From Oscillospiraceae bacterium (lineage in GTDB: Bacteria > Bacillota > Clostridia > Oscillospirales > CAG-272), in the NCBI GenBank assembly GCA_015064545.1, contig SVSA01000002.1, positions 1-58,331 of the forward strand: a stretch of 58,331 nt of DNA. Direction: 5' to 3'. Within the stretch, counting starts at the first letter, position 1. The number at the start of each line of letters is the position of its first letter. The notes under the pieces were generated by a model. It made no database searches, was not told the DNA's origin, and was given only the letters and a program-made list of their open reading frames with translations. The translations under genes were made by a program, and so were the position numbers. Positions 7,209 through 16,714 of this stretch are shown here, in pieces.

Positions 7209-9308
7209 ATGAAACATTATGGGCTTCTGATCATAGCGATATGTCTTGCCCTCGTTTGCGGCGGATGCCATGACGATGCGATTGAAAATGAGACCACAGA
7301 GACACCGGCGGTGAGTGATACCGAGCCCGCGATACCGGATCTTCCGGTTTCCTCGTTGGAGTCGTACCGTGTGGTCGTGGCCGAGGGGGCTTCGGATGCT
7401 GTCATGGAGGCAGCTCAGGCTCTGCGAAGCGGCTTGGCTTCTCATTTAGGCGTTTCTTCGATTGCGTTTTCGACCGACTATGAGTTCAAGGCCGGTGCGA
7501 TCGATACCACGCGGATCGATACGGAGATTTTAATCGGTATGACCAACCGCGATGAATCGCAGGCATTAGCCTCGATGTCGCTGGCACGTTTGGATTATGT
7601 GATTGACTATTCCTCTACCCGTATTGCCATTCTGGGCGGTTCGGAGGAAGCGCTTCTCAACGCGGTGCACGATTTTCTATCGCGGTATTGCACAGAGAAT
7701 GATCAGGTCATTCCGGGAGGATGGCAGTACTGCCATCGTCATGATAATGATGCCATAACGGTGGAGAGTGTACCGTTGTCGCAGTTTGTTTTGTCTGTTG
7801 GACAGGGTGTCAGCGAGAAGGCCGAAACGACATTGGTGGATACGTTATTCCGCCAATACGGTCTGGATTTGGCAAAGGTATCGGAAATCGATGCCGCCGG
7901 AGCGCGTCTTTCGCTGAGGCTTCATGAGACATGGGTACAGCAGTATGGTATTACGATTACGGCGAATACCGTTTGCCTTGAGGCATCGAGCGCACAGGCG
8001 CTGGAGGCGGCAGTCGATGCCTTCCTTACGTTGCTGACACAAAAAACGGCGCTGACCGCCGAAGACTCCGTAACCGAAAGCATGTCTGCGGTGCCGCCCT
8101 CCTATACCGAGGCTACGGTAGTCGACCGTTTGTTTGTCGAGGGTCTGACGCATAAGGATGCGCTCAGCTATGCGGTTGGCGAGGAAATCCTGTTCCGTTT
8201 CCGTGTGACCGACAGCGGAAAAACAACAGCACAGTATGCGTGCCCTCTCTTTACCTATACGGCCAGAGCCGATGATGGCCAGACATGGTCGGGACGTCTT
8301 GGCGGCGAGGGCGGCGAGATAACGCTTCGCTTTACCTTGAAGAAGCCCGGGCATATTCAGGTGTTTGTTAAGGCATGTGATGCGAACGGTAACGAAATCC
8401 CTTCGATCATCGGACTGAACGGCGGTGCCTGTGCCGGCTTTGAGGAGATTACGACCGTCAAAGAGGAGCCGGATGACTTTTGGGAATTCTGGCAGAAGCA
8501 GCTGAAGGAGCTGGAGGATGTGGCGCCGACGCTAATTGCCAAAACCGAGGTAAAAGGAAAGAATCCCTCCTTCTACTGTTACGATATTCGGATTCAAACC
8601 AACGATACGCCGGCTTCAGCCTGGCTTACCATTCCGAAAAATGCCGAGCCCGGTATGCTGAAGCTCAAAATGATCTATCAGGGGTATGGACAAAACGACC
8701 CGATTCTGGAGTTCAATCCCGGCTACATTACGGTCAGCGTGAACTCGCACAGCGTCGAGAACGGACGCGATAATGCTTATTACAGTCAAGTAGTTCCCAA
8801 CAATTTTGGCTTTCATCTTTCCGAGTATACCGATCCTTCCCGCGCCTATTTCCGCAATATGCTCCTTCGTGATGTGCAAGCCTTCCGCTTTGCCAAGACA
8901 CTGCCCGAATGGGACGGAGAGACAGCGGTGATCAGCGGCATCAGCATGGGAGGATTTCAGTCGATCGCTGTGGCGGCGCTTGAGCCGGGATGCACGAATT
9001 TGAATACGCATATTACCTGGATGTGTGATGTTGGCGGCAGAACGGATGGACGGATTGCGGGCTGGCTACCGCCATACACCGATGCGCTTCTCTATTTTGA
9101 TACCGTATATTTTGCGTCGCGTGTTACGGCGAAAACGAATCTGACGGCGGGTCTTGCTGATCCTACCTCAATGCCCTGCGGCATCACCGCGTGCTATCTT
9201 GCGATTCGCGGCGAGAAGACGCTCACCTTCCTGCAGAAGGCCACACACAGTACCGCCCTTTCGGTTTTGACGCCGGAGTATACACGAAGTGCTCCGGCGG
9301 CAGAATGA
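7209..9308 (+). CDS. lipoprotein with a C-terminal CE7-like acetyl-xylan esterase/cephalosporin-C deacetylase-type alpha/beta hydrolase domain
   Basis: Start moved to the Met preceded by aggaga. Lipobox LVCGGC. PDDFWEFWQKQLKEL, GxSxG as GISMGG, then GLADP...ATH near the C-terminus. Confidence 0.75.
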   Translation: MKHYGLLIIAICLALVCGGCHDDAIENETTETPAVSDTEPAIPDLPVSSLESYRVVVAEGASDAVMEAAQALRSGLASHLGVSSIAFSTDYEFKAGAIDTTRIDTEILIGMTNRDESQALASMSLARLDYVIDYSSTRIAILGGSEEALLNAVHDFLSRYCTENDQVIPGGWQYCHRHDNDAITVESVPLSQFVLSVGQGVSEKAETTLVDTLFRQYGLDLAKVSEIDAAGARLSLRLHETWVQQYGITITANTVCLEASSAQALEAAVDAFLTLLTQKTALTAEDSVTESMSAVPPSYTEATVVDRLFVEGLTHKDALSYAVGEEILFRFRVTDSGKTTAQYACPLFTYTARADDGQTWSGRLGGEGGEITLRFTLKKPGHIQVFVKACDANGNEIPSIIGLNGGACAGFEEITTVKEEPDDFWEFWQKQLKELEDVAPTLIAKTEVKGKNPSFYCYDIRIQTNDTPASAWLTIPKNAEPGMLKLKMIYQGYGQNDPILEFNPGYITVSVNSHSVENGRDNAYYSQVVPNNFGFHLSEYTDPSRAYFRNMLLRDVQAFRFAKTLPEWDGETAVISGISMGGFQSIAVAALEPGCTNLNTHITWMCDVGGRTDGRIAGWLPPYTDALLYFDTVYFASRVTAKTNLTAGLADPTSMPCGITACYLAIRGEKTLTFLQKATHSTALSVLTPEYTRSAPAAE

Positions 9309-9345
9309 ATCGTCAGAGAGAAGGAATGCCAAGGAGGATCATGAC

Positions 9346-10620
9346 GTGTCAAACTTATTAAACGACTTGAAGAAGGCTTCAGCAAAACCCGCATGCCCGT
9401 TCTATACCGAGGCAAAGCCCCAGGGTCGGCTCTTTGTCGAGGGAACCCCGGATAAGGATGCCCTTAGTTATCAGGTAGGAGAGGAGATGCTCTTTACCTT
9501 CCGCCTGACCGACAGCAAGCAGCTGTCCTCGGTATATGCCTGCCCGACCTTTTCCTGGAGCGCGAAGGCCGATGACGGACAAACCTGGTCGGGTGTGGTC
9601 TCGGGTGAGGAAGGGGTGGCAGCCCTTCGCTTTACCCTTACAAAACCGGGATATCTCTATGTTTCGGTCAATGCACAGGACGACAAGGGAGCGAATATCG
9701 CTTCGGTGACCGGCTTTGTCGGCGGCGCCTGTGTCGGCTTTGAACAGATCCAAGCGGTCAAGGAAAAGCCGGATGACTTTTGTGCCTTCTGGCAGACTCA
9801 GCTGGCGGCCCTCAACGGTGTTGCTCCGATACTGATCTCCAAGGTGGAGGTCAAGAGCGATAACGCCGACTTCTATTGCTACGATATCCGTGTGAAGAGT
9901 CACGATGCGGCGGCACCGGTTTCGGCAGTTATGACCTATCCGAAGAATGCCGAGCGCGGATCGCTGAAGCTCAAAATGTTCTATCACGGCTATGGCAATT
10001 ATACACCGATTGTACAGTACAATGACGGATATATCACCGTCAGCGTCAATTCGCACAGCATTGAAAACGGGCGCGAGGATGCTTATTACCAGCAGCTGCA
10101 GCAAACTATCCTGAAGAACTTCGGCTTTGCGGATGGCGATTATGTGGATCCTGCCAAGGCTTACTTCCGTGACATGATCCTACGTGATGTCCAAGCCTTC
10201 CGCTTTGCCAAAACGCTTCCGGAATGGAACGGCGAGGATGTTCTGATCGCGGGAGGCAGTATGGGAGCCTTCCAGTCGATTGCGGTGGCGGCTCTTGAGC
10301 CGGGATGTACGCTGTTGAATCTTGCCATCGTTTGGATGTGCGATGTCGGCGGCCGTACCGAAGGACGTATTGCCGGATGGCTCCCGGCCTATTCGGACAA
10401 TCTTCTGTATTTTGACAGTACGAGCTTTGCTAAGTATATCACCTGCAAGACAGGCATTACGGCAGGGTTGGCCGATCCGATTGCCGTTCCCTGCGGTATT
10501 ACCGCGCTGTATCATAACCTTGCTTGTGAAAAAACGATTAGCTTTATTCAGAGTGCGACCCACAATCTGGAGGCGTATGTGGTAAAGACAGTGTATCATC
10601 GAAGCTTCGATAAGATATAA
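9346..10620 (+). CDS. CE7-like esterase, tandem paralogue of the C-terminal two-thirds of the upstream gene
   Basis: Collinear similarity from LFVEGTPDKDALSYQVGEEMLF to the end, with GGSMGA. Start placed at an in-frame GTG 7 nt after aaggagga; the ATG at 9289 is the alternative. Confidence 0.7.
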   Translation: MSNLLNDLKKASAKPACPFYTEAKPQGRLFVEGTPDKDALSYQVGEEMLFTFRLTDSKQLSSVYACPTFSWSAKADDGQTWSGVVSGEEGVAALRFTLTKPGYLYVSVNAQDDKGANIASVTGFVGGACVGFEQIQAVKEKPDDFCAFWQTQLAALNGVAPILISKVEVKSDNADFYCYDIRVKSHDAAAPVSAVMTYPKNAERGSLKLKMFYHGYGNYTPIVQYNDGYITVSVNSHSIENGREDAYYQQLQQTILKNFGFADGDYVDPAKAYFRDMILRDVQAFRFAKTLPEWNGEDVLIAGGSMGAFQSIAVAALEPGCTLLNLAIVWMCDVGGRTEGRIAGWLPAYSDNLLYFDSTSFAKYITCKTGITAGLADPIAVPCGITALYHNLACEKTISFIQSATHNLEAYVVKTVYHRSFDKI

Positions 10621-10673
10621 AAATAGGTAATATCCAAAAATAAATTAGTATACCACAAAATGTGAAAAAATTC

Positions 10674-10703
10674 TTGACAGTACCGAAGCGGTTGTGGTAT
10701 ACT
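10674..10703 (+). promoter_or_regulatory. extended -10 sigma-A promoter upstream of a ~285-nt leader
   Basis: TTGACA, 18 nt including TGg, TATACT. Confidence 0.55.
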
Positions 10704-10987
10704 GCGAGCAATGTTGCGATCGGGTTCTTGCGATAACTCACGCGGATCCCTGTGTTCCCTCGATATGGCTTTCGAAGATGCGAAAGCGGCACAGCCGGAC
10801 AACTGGACCGTTGAATCGTTATTTTCGCGTGGGCAAGGCAGTTTGATTGACTGTCGATGAATCCTGGCACATTTTTCCGGATATTGCCGGCTCCCCAAGC
10901 CTATGGGAGCGGAATTATTTTGATTAGCGGATATAAGCTTTCCAAAATATTGACAAATAGACAAATAATTCCCAAGGAGATTTACAT

Positions 10988-12205
10988 ATGGCACGTTTTA
11001 CTTTACCTCGCGATCTTTATCATGGCAAGGGTTCTCTTGAAGCGCTGAAGAATCTTAAGGGAACTCGCGCAATGGTTTGCGTTGGCGGCGGCTCTATGAA
11101 GCGCTTTGGTTTTCTGGACAAGGTTGTTTCCTACCTGAAGGAAGCAGGCATGGAGGTTGAGCTCTTTGAAGGCATCGAGCCCGATCCTTCGGTTACCACC
11201 GTTATGAAGGGCGCTGAGGCGATGCTCGCGTTCCAGCCCGACTGGATCGTTGCCATCGGCGGCGGTTCGCCTATCGACGCGGCAAAGGCCATGTGGATCA
11301 AGTACGAGCATCCCGAGATCACCTTCGAGCAGATGTGCGTCGTATTCGGTATTCCCGAGCTTCGTAAGAAGGCTCGCTTCTGCGCCATTCCCTCCACCTC
11401 CGGTACGGCTACTGAGGTGACTGCATTCTCTGTGATTACCGACTACGAAAAGGGTATTAAGTATCCTCTTGCCGACTTCGAGATCACTCCCGACGTTGCC
11501 ATCGTTGATCCTGAGCTTGCAGAAACCATGCCTAAGAAGCTCACCGCTCACACCGGTATGGATGCTATGACTCATGCCATTGAGGCTTATGTTTCCACCG
11601 CAAACTGCGAGTTCACCGATCCTCTCGCCATCTTCGCTATCAAGATGATTCAGAACGATCTCGTTGACTCGTACAACGGCGATATGACCAAGCGTGCCTC
11701 GATGCACAACGCGCAGTGCCTTGCCGGTATGGCATTCTCCAACGCCCTTCTCGGTATCGTTCACTCGATGGCACATAAGACCGGTGCCGTGTTTGAGGAT
11801 CTCGGCGCCCATATCATTCACGGTGCCGCTAACGCGATGTACCTTCCCAAGGTTATCGCCTTCAACGCAAAGGATGAGACCGCCAAGAAGCGTTACGGTG
11901 TCATTGCTGACTACATGGGTCTGGGCGGTGCCAACGATGACGAGAAGGTTGCAAAGCTCATTGCTTATCTCCGTGGCATGAATGACGCTCTTAACATTCC
12001 TCAGTGCATCAAGAACTACGGCGCTGATGCTCTCCCCTGCGAGCAGGGCTTTGTTCCCGAGAGCGTGTTCCTTGAGAGACTTCCTGAGATCGCCAAGAAC
12101 GCAGTTGGCGATGCTTGCACCGGCTCCAACCCCAGAAAGATTTCTGTCGAGGAAATGGAAAAGCTTCTCAAGTGCTGCTACTACGACACCGAGGTTGATT
12201 TCTGA
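10988..12205 (+). CDS. iron-containing (group III) alcohol dehydrogenase
   Basis: Fe-ADH layout: GGGS.D.AK nucleotide loop (AIGGGSPIDAAKAM), metal-binding His cluster (HTGMDAMTHAIEAY, HSMAHKTG), ~400 aa. Confidence 0.9.
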   Translation: MARFTLPRDLYHGKGSLEALKNLKGTRAMVCVGGGSMKRFGFLDKVVSYLKEAGMEVELFEGIEPDPSVTTVMKGAEAMLAFQPDWIVAIGGGSPIDAAKAMWIKYEHPEITFEQMCVVFGIPELRKKARFCAIPSTSGTATEVTAFSVITDYEKGIKYPLADFEITPDVAIVDPELAETMPKKLTAHTGMDAMTHAIEAYVSTANCEFTDPLAIFAIKMIQNDLVDSYNGDMTKRASMHNAQCLAGMAFSNALLGIVHSMAHKTGAVFEDLGAHIIHGAANAMYLPKVIAFNAKDETAKKRYGVIADYMGLGGANDDEKVAKLIAYLRGMNDALNIPQCIKNYGADALPCEQGFVPESVFLERLPEIAKNAVGDACTGSNPRKISVEEMEKLLKCCYYDTEVDF

Positions 12206-12421
12206 TTATAGATTATCCGGATGATTGACGATCGAGAATTGTCGAAATCATCAAAAATGGTATCTCTGACACAACATAATGTAGCCCCTTCCTGTCAGGA
12301 CAGATCTCATCATTTTCAGGACATAATTTGTCATTGACAGACATTTGGTTTTATGATAAATTATTTGCGGCCTTGTGCCGAAAATATCAATAAATGAAAA
12401 GCATAAAAACGGAGGATACCC

Positions 12422-13477
12422 ATGAAAGGCTTTGCCATGATTGCCCCCAACCAGGTCGGTTGGATCGAAAAAGAAAGACCCACCTGCGGACCGTTGGACG
12501 CGATTGTCCGTCCCCTTGCAGTTGCCCCCTGCACCTCAGATATTCACACCGTTTACGAAGGCGCACTCGGCGACCGCTTCAATATGATCCTCGGCCATGA
12601 GGGTGTTGGTGAAGTGGTTGAGGTTGGTAGCCTCGTCAAGGATTTCAAGCCCGGCGACCGTGTTCTCGTTCCCGCGATTACGCCCGACTGGGGTGCTGTC
12701 GAATCGCAGGCAGGCTACTCGGTTCACTCGGGCGGTATGCTGGCCGGTTGGAAGTTCTCCAACTTCAAGGACGGCGTATTCGGTGAATTTTTCCATGTAA
12801 ACGAAGCCGATGCTAACCTGGCTCTGCTTCCCGAGGGCATGGACCTGGCCTCGGCCGTTATGCTGGCCGACATGATTCCTACCGGCTTCCACGGTGTTGA
12901 GCTGGCTGACGTTCAGTTCGGTGATAAGGTTTGCGTCATCGGTATCGGCCCTGTCGGTCTGATGGCCGTAGCCGGCGCTGCCCTGCGCGGTGCTTCGGAT
13001 CTGTATGCCGTCGGTTCGCGTAAGATCTGTGCCGATGTGGCAAGAGAGTACGGTGCCACCGAGATCATTGACTATCACAACGGTGACATTGCCGAGCAGG
13101 TGCTTGCTTTGACCGGCGGTAAGGGTGTTGACAAGGTTGTCATCGCCGGCGGCACCTCGGAGGAAACCTTTGCGCAGGCCGTTAAGATGGTGAAGGCCGG
13201 TGGCCGCATCGGTAACGTCAACTACCTCGGTAGCGGCGACGTGATCATTCCCCGTGTGGAATGGGGCTGTGGCATGGGCCACAAGACCATTGCCGGCGGT
13301 CTGATGTACGGCGGCCGTCTCCGTATGGAGAAGCTCGCTTCGCTGATCACCTCGGGCCGTCTTGACCCCTCCAAGATGATCACCCATACCTTCCACGGCT
13401 TCGAGTACATCGAAGAGGCGCTGATGCTGATGAAGAATAAGCCCCGCGATTTGATCAAGCCGGTTGTTATTCTTTAA
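12422..13477 (+). CDS. zinc-dependent NADP-type secondary (isopropanol-type) alcohol dehydrogenase, TbADH/CbADH-like
   Basis: Near-collinear match from memory to Thermoanaerobacter brockii ADH: MKGFAM...VRPLAVAPCTSDIHTV, GHE.VGEVVEVGS.VKDFKPGDRV.VPAITPDW, GMLAGWKFSN.KDGVFGEFFHVN, KDLIKPVVIL. Confidence 0.9.
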   Translation: MKGFAMIAPNQVGWIEKERPTCGPLDAIVRPLAVAPCTSDIHTVYEGALGDRFNMILGHEGVGEVVEVGSLVKDFKPGDRVLVPAITPDWGAVESQAGYSVHSGGMLAGWKFSNFKDGVFGEFFHVNEADANLALLPEGMDLASAVMLADMIPTGFHGVELADVQFGDKVCVIGIGPVGLMAVAGAALRGASDLYAVGSRKICADVAREYGATEIIDYHNGDIAEQVLALTGGKGVDKVVIAGGTSEETFAQAVKMVKAGGRIGNVNYLGSGDVIIPRVEWGCGMGHKTIAGGLMYGGRLRMEKLASLITSGRLDPSKMITHTFHGFEYIEEALMLMKNKPRDLIKPVVIL

Positions 13478-13496
13478 GAATAATGTGTTGATATGC

Positions 13497-13534
13497 AAAA
13501 ACCGCCTGCCAAAACGGCAGGCGGTTTTTGTTTG
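13497..13534. terminator. bidirectional terminator between convergent genes
   Basis: aaaa-accgcctgcc/ggcaggcggt-ttttt. Confidence 0.8.
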
Positions 13535-13570
13535 TGGGTATAAAAGGTAGAGGGGGGATCATGCTAAGTA

Positions 13571-15190
13571 TTAATGAATATAAATACCGTCGACGACATA
13601 GCCTGATACATCGAAGTCCATTCTGTAAGCGATGATGACGGTACTGCCATCATTGCAGTAATACAGATAAGACGATGAAGTGCTGGCGGAAGGATTTGCG
13701 ATTGGCCCCGGCGCTTGTAAAATATCAAAGACCTCCGACATTGTCATGCCGGGCTTGATTTGATCGAACAGTTGAGGGTCAAAAAAACGCTCGGGATCGG
13801 TCAGTTCTCGTCCGGGAAGTGCAAAATATCCGTGGCTGTCTATCGCAAGATACTGCATCTTTGTCGTATTCGTTGTGGTCAGATAAATGTGGGTTATGAC
13901 AGGGTTCTCGGTTGGCTCGCGCGTAGGGCCGAAGACAATGTTAACCGTGGTTTTCCCAATAAGGCATTTTGAAGAACCAACGTAAGTGTCGACAGTGGAT
14001 TGAGTGGAGGCATCAAATGCAGGTAGCTTCTGAAGGGTGAAGGAATATTCATGCTTCAGATATGTCTTTGCCTCAGACCAAGACATGCCGTAACGAAGCT
14101 TTTCTAAATAGGTTAAGTCGTCCTTCGATTCCGTAATATCCGGGCTGGTTTCGGGCACAACGTAATAGCCTTTGGTGTCGATTTCCAACGGTTCATTGTT
14201 GAGCATCACATAGGCTACGAGGGAAAGGGATTCTTTATGGGAGGAGTCGGACGTTATGCCGGGAATATACAGGATTTGAATGGTCAGGATTCGACCGTCA
14301 GTCGTGGGGTAAACATAGATGTCAGGTTCGGTTATGACTCCCCGGGAGAAGCTCAGACCCTTTGAACCGAGAAGATCAATAACCTCACCCCAAAGCATGT
14401 CGATGGAAATCTGTTCAATAACCGAGGGATCGACAGCCGGTGCCGGCTTCTCGCGCGAAATGGTGCAAGGCTCGTTAATACCTGAATAACCATCGAGTAT
14501 GACGGTGCTTCCGTCATCACCCCAAAATATCGGCACATAACGACCGCTTAACAAAGAGTATCCGCCACCTCCGAGAATGGTGAGCATTTGTTTCATGGTC
14601 ATGTTTTCCTCGAGCATCTCGAACAAACGATGATCGACAAACTGAATGGCAAAAGGCTCACTGAGTTGAATGATCGGGGCATCCGGATCGAATGGGGCAG
14701 TCGTGACGATGCCATCTTCGTTGGGCGGTGTAACCACCGGGGGTTGTGTCTCTTTGGTGATCAAGTTCTTTTCGCAGACCGTTCCGGCATAGGTTGTGTT
14801 CTTGGGGCAGAATATGATGCAATAATGATTTCCGTTATTGCCGTGATACAGCCACCGATTACCATTGTCAAACTCATACCCTTGGCTTCCGATGACCTCG
14901 GCGACCTCTTCCTTGGTCATGCCTGTTTTTACTTTGTCAAAATCCTCATTCGTAATGAAGAAAAAGCCCGATTCTTCTGAGGGTGTTGTGGTTTCGGGTA
15001 CGCCGGTATCGCCCGGTAAGGGTTGCCTCGGCAACAGGGCGGGGGCCACGATCATGGCAAGTAAGAACGTTCCAATCGCAATGGCCATAGCGCCGCCCGA
15101 AAAGAGGGAATGAATTTTGTTTTTTCGTTCGCGATAGCGATTGCGACGGGCAAAAAGCTCCTCGCGGATCGCAGAAACCGATTGTTTCAT
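13571..15190 (-). CDS. single-pass membrane protein, putative anti-sigma factor; ectodomain of ~5 lipoprotein-type modules
   Basis: 4-nt ATGA overlap with the upstream ECF sigma gene. ~33-aa basic cytoplasmic N-terminus, one TM (AMAIAIGTFLLAMIVAPALL). Modules GMTKEEVAEVIGSQGYEF, NMTMKQMLTILGGGGYSLLSG, DMLWGEVIDLLGSKG, GMSWSEAKTYL, GMTMSEVFDILQAPG. Confidence 0.6.
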   Translation of the reverse strand: MKQSVSAIREELFARRNRYRERKNKIHSLFSGGAMAIAIGTFLLAMIVAPALLPRQPLPGDTGVPETTTPSEESGFFFITNEDFDKVKTGMTKEEVAEVIGSQGYEFDNGNRWLYHGNNGNHYCIIFCPKNTTYAGTVCEKNLITKETQPPVVTPPNEDGIVTTAPFDPDAPIIQLSEPFAIQFVDHRLFEMLEENMTMKQMLTILGGGGYSLLSGRYVPIFWGDDGSTVILDGYSGINEPCTISREKPAPAVDPSVIEQISIDMLWGEVIDLLGSKGLSFSRGVITEPDIYVYPTTDGRILTIQILYIPGITSDSSHKESLSLVAYVMLNNEPLEIDTKGYYVVPETSPDITESKDDLTYLEKLRYGMSWSEAKTYLKHEYSFTLQKLPAFDASTQSTVDTYVGSSKCLIGKTTVNIVFGPTREPTENPVITHIYLTTTNTTKMQYLAIDSHGYFALPGRELTDPERFFDPQLFDQIKPGMTMSEVFDILQAPGPIANPSASTSSSYLYYCNDGSTVIIAYRMDFDVSGYVVDGIYIH

Positions 15191-15729
15191 CGAAAATCCT
15201 CCTTCGATAGTTCACGTTTCAGAATGGTTTTGGCGCGGTATAACAGATTGTCGATTTGCTTGCGGCTCTTATGTAGGGCGTGTGCCGCCTCCTCATAGGA
15301 CATCTCTTCAAAATAGATCAGATGTACGGCGGCACGCATATCGCTCGGCAGATCGTTCAGCGCCCGATGCAGCTCACGGGTTTCCTCGCGGCGGAGAAGC
15401 TCCTCGTCCGGCGAGGAGGTTTGTGCTGCTCGCTCCGCCTCGCTCAGCTCATCGGGTGCCAAACGGCGGGAACGCTTGAGCGCGTTCAGCGCCTTGTTGC
15501 GCCCGATGGCGAAGAGATAGGTTTTGAGCTTGGTTTTGAAGTGATACCGCTTGGGATGAATCAAAAGCTCGAGCAACGTATCCATGGTCAGATCCTCGGC
15601 TGTTGATCGATCCTTCACATAGCGGCAAAGAAAAAAGGTCAATGAGTCGTAATAGGCGGCAATTACGCCGTCAAAGGCTGTTTCGTCACCGTCAAGATAA
15701 CGGCGATAGCTGTCTTCCCCCGGTCCCAT
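15187..15729 (-). CDS. ECF-type RNA polymerase sigma-70 family factor
   Basis: 180 aa with region 2 (DLTMDTLLELLIHPKRY, TYLFAIGRNKALNALKR) and region 4 HTH (MSYEEAAHALHKSRKQIDNLLYRAK). Confidence 0.9.
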   Translation of the reverse strand: MGPGEDSYRRYLDGDETAFDGVIAAYYDSLTFFLCRYVKDRSTAEDLTMDTLLELLIHPKRYHFKTKLKTYLFAIGRNKALNALKRSRRLAPDELSEAERAAQTSSPDEELLRREETRELHRALNDLPSDMRAAVHLIYFEEMSYEEAAHALHKSRKQIDNLLYRAKTILKRELSKEDFR

Positions 15730-15811
15730 ATCGGCTCCTTTCGCAGATGTCAGAAGAATTCTTCACCTATCATACAACTGAGAAGGCAAAAATCCTTACG
15801 GTTTCAAAAAA

Positions 15812-15840
15812 ATTATAGCAGATTTCCCGCGCGTTGGCAA
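15812..15840 (-). promoter_or_regulatory. sigma-A-type promoter of the ECF sigma operon
   Basis: On the minus strand: TTGCCA, 17 nt, TATAAT. Confidence 0.55.
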
Positions 15841-15910
15841 TGCCTTTGCCTTGACAGCAATGTTTTTTTGTGTTAAGATAGTGACATTATCAAAAAGGAA
15901 GCGCTGGGTT

Positions 15911-16627
15911 ATGATCGATACCGTTCTTTTTGATCTGGACGGCACGCTGTTGCCGCTCGATCAGGATGCTTTTGTGAAAACATATTTCTCTTGCTTGACC
16001 GAATTTATGGCACCGGTGTGCCACCCGCCGCTTTTTATGAAGGCCATGATGGCGGGTGTGGAGGCGATGTTGCGCAATAACGGCGAGGTGACCAACGAAA
16101 CGGTGTTCTGGCGCACCTTTACGGCGGTGTATGGACAGGACATCACGCCGTATATGCCGCTGTTTGACGCGTTTTACCGCGGTAAGTTTCTCGAAGCCAA
16201 GTCGGTTTGCGGCTTTAATCCTGCCGCCGCCGAAACGGTACGGGCGCTGAAGGCTAAGGGATATCGCGTGCATCTGGCTACCAATCCGGTCTTTCCTGCG
16301 GTTGCCACCGAGCAGCGGATTCAGTGGGCGGGTATGCATCCCGAGGAGTTCTTCCTCTATACCACCTACGAAAATTCGCATTTCAGCAAGCCCCATCCGG
16401 GCTACTATCTGGAAATTGCCGAGACGCTGGCGGTGTCGCCCGAGCGGTGCTTGATGGTCGGTAATGATGTGGATGACGATATGGTGGCCGAAACCGTCGG
16501 CATGAAGGTTTTTCTTCTGAGCGATTGCCTTCTTAACCGTCAGCATAAGCCGATCGATCGCTACCCGCAGGGAAGCTTTGACGAGCTGATGGCATACCTT
16601 GCGGCCGATCGGTGCCGAGGAGCATAA
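15911..16627 (+). CDS. HAD-superfamily hydrolase/phosphatase
   Basis: Start at MIDTVLFDLDGTLL (DxDGT motif I). Later GNDVDDD (motif IV-like). The upstream part of the listed ORF starts at TTG inside a promoter. Confidence 0.8.
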   Translation: MIDTVLFDLDGTLLPLDQDAFVKTYFSCLTEFMAPVCHPPLFMKAMMAGVEAMLRNNGEVTNETVFWRTFTAVYGQDITPYMPLFDAFYRGKFLEAKSVCGFNPAAAETVRALKAKGYRVHLATNPVFPAVATEQRIQWAGMHPEEFFLYTTYENSHFSKPHPGYYLEIAETLAVSPERCLMVGNDVDDDMVAETVGMKVFLLSDCLLNRQHKPIDRYPQGSFDELMAYLAADRCRGA

Positions 16628-16714
16628 AATGTTGTTACTTTTTTTCGGTCCTGCGGGAACTTTTTCCGCAGGACCTCGTCATATCGGTAAATCCCATTCC
16701 AAGGAGTACTTGCT

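Noticed and set aside
10655-10680. Rex operator overlapping the Fe-ADH promoter (aTGTGAAaaaaTTCtTGAca).
   Set aside because: This is only a weak half-palindrome resemblance to TTGTGAA-N4-TTCACAA, and the right half-site is the -35 element itself. It is not supportable without a PWM scan.
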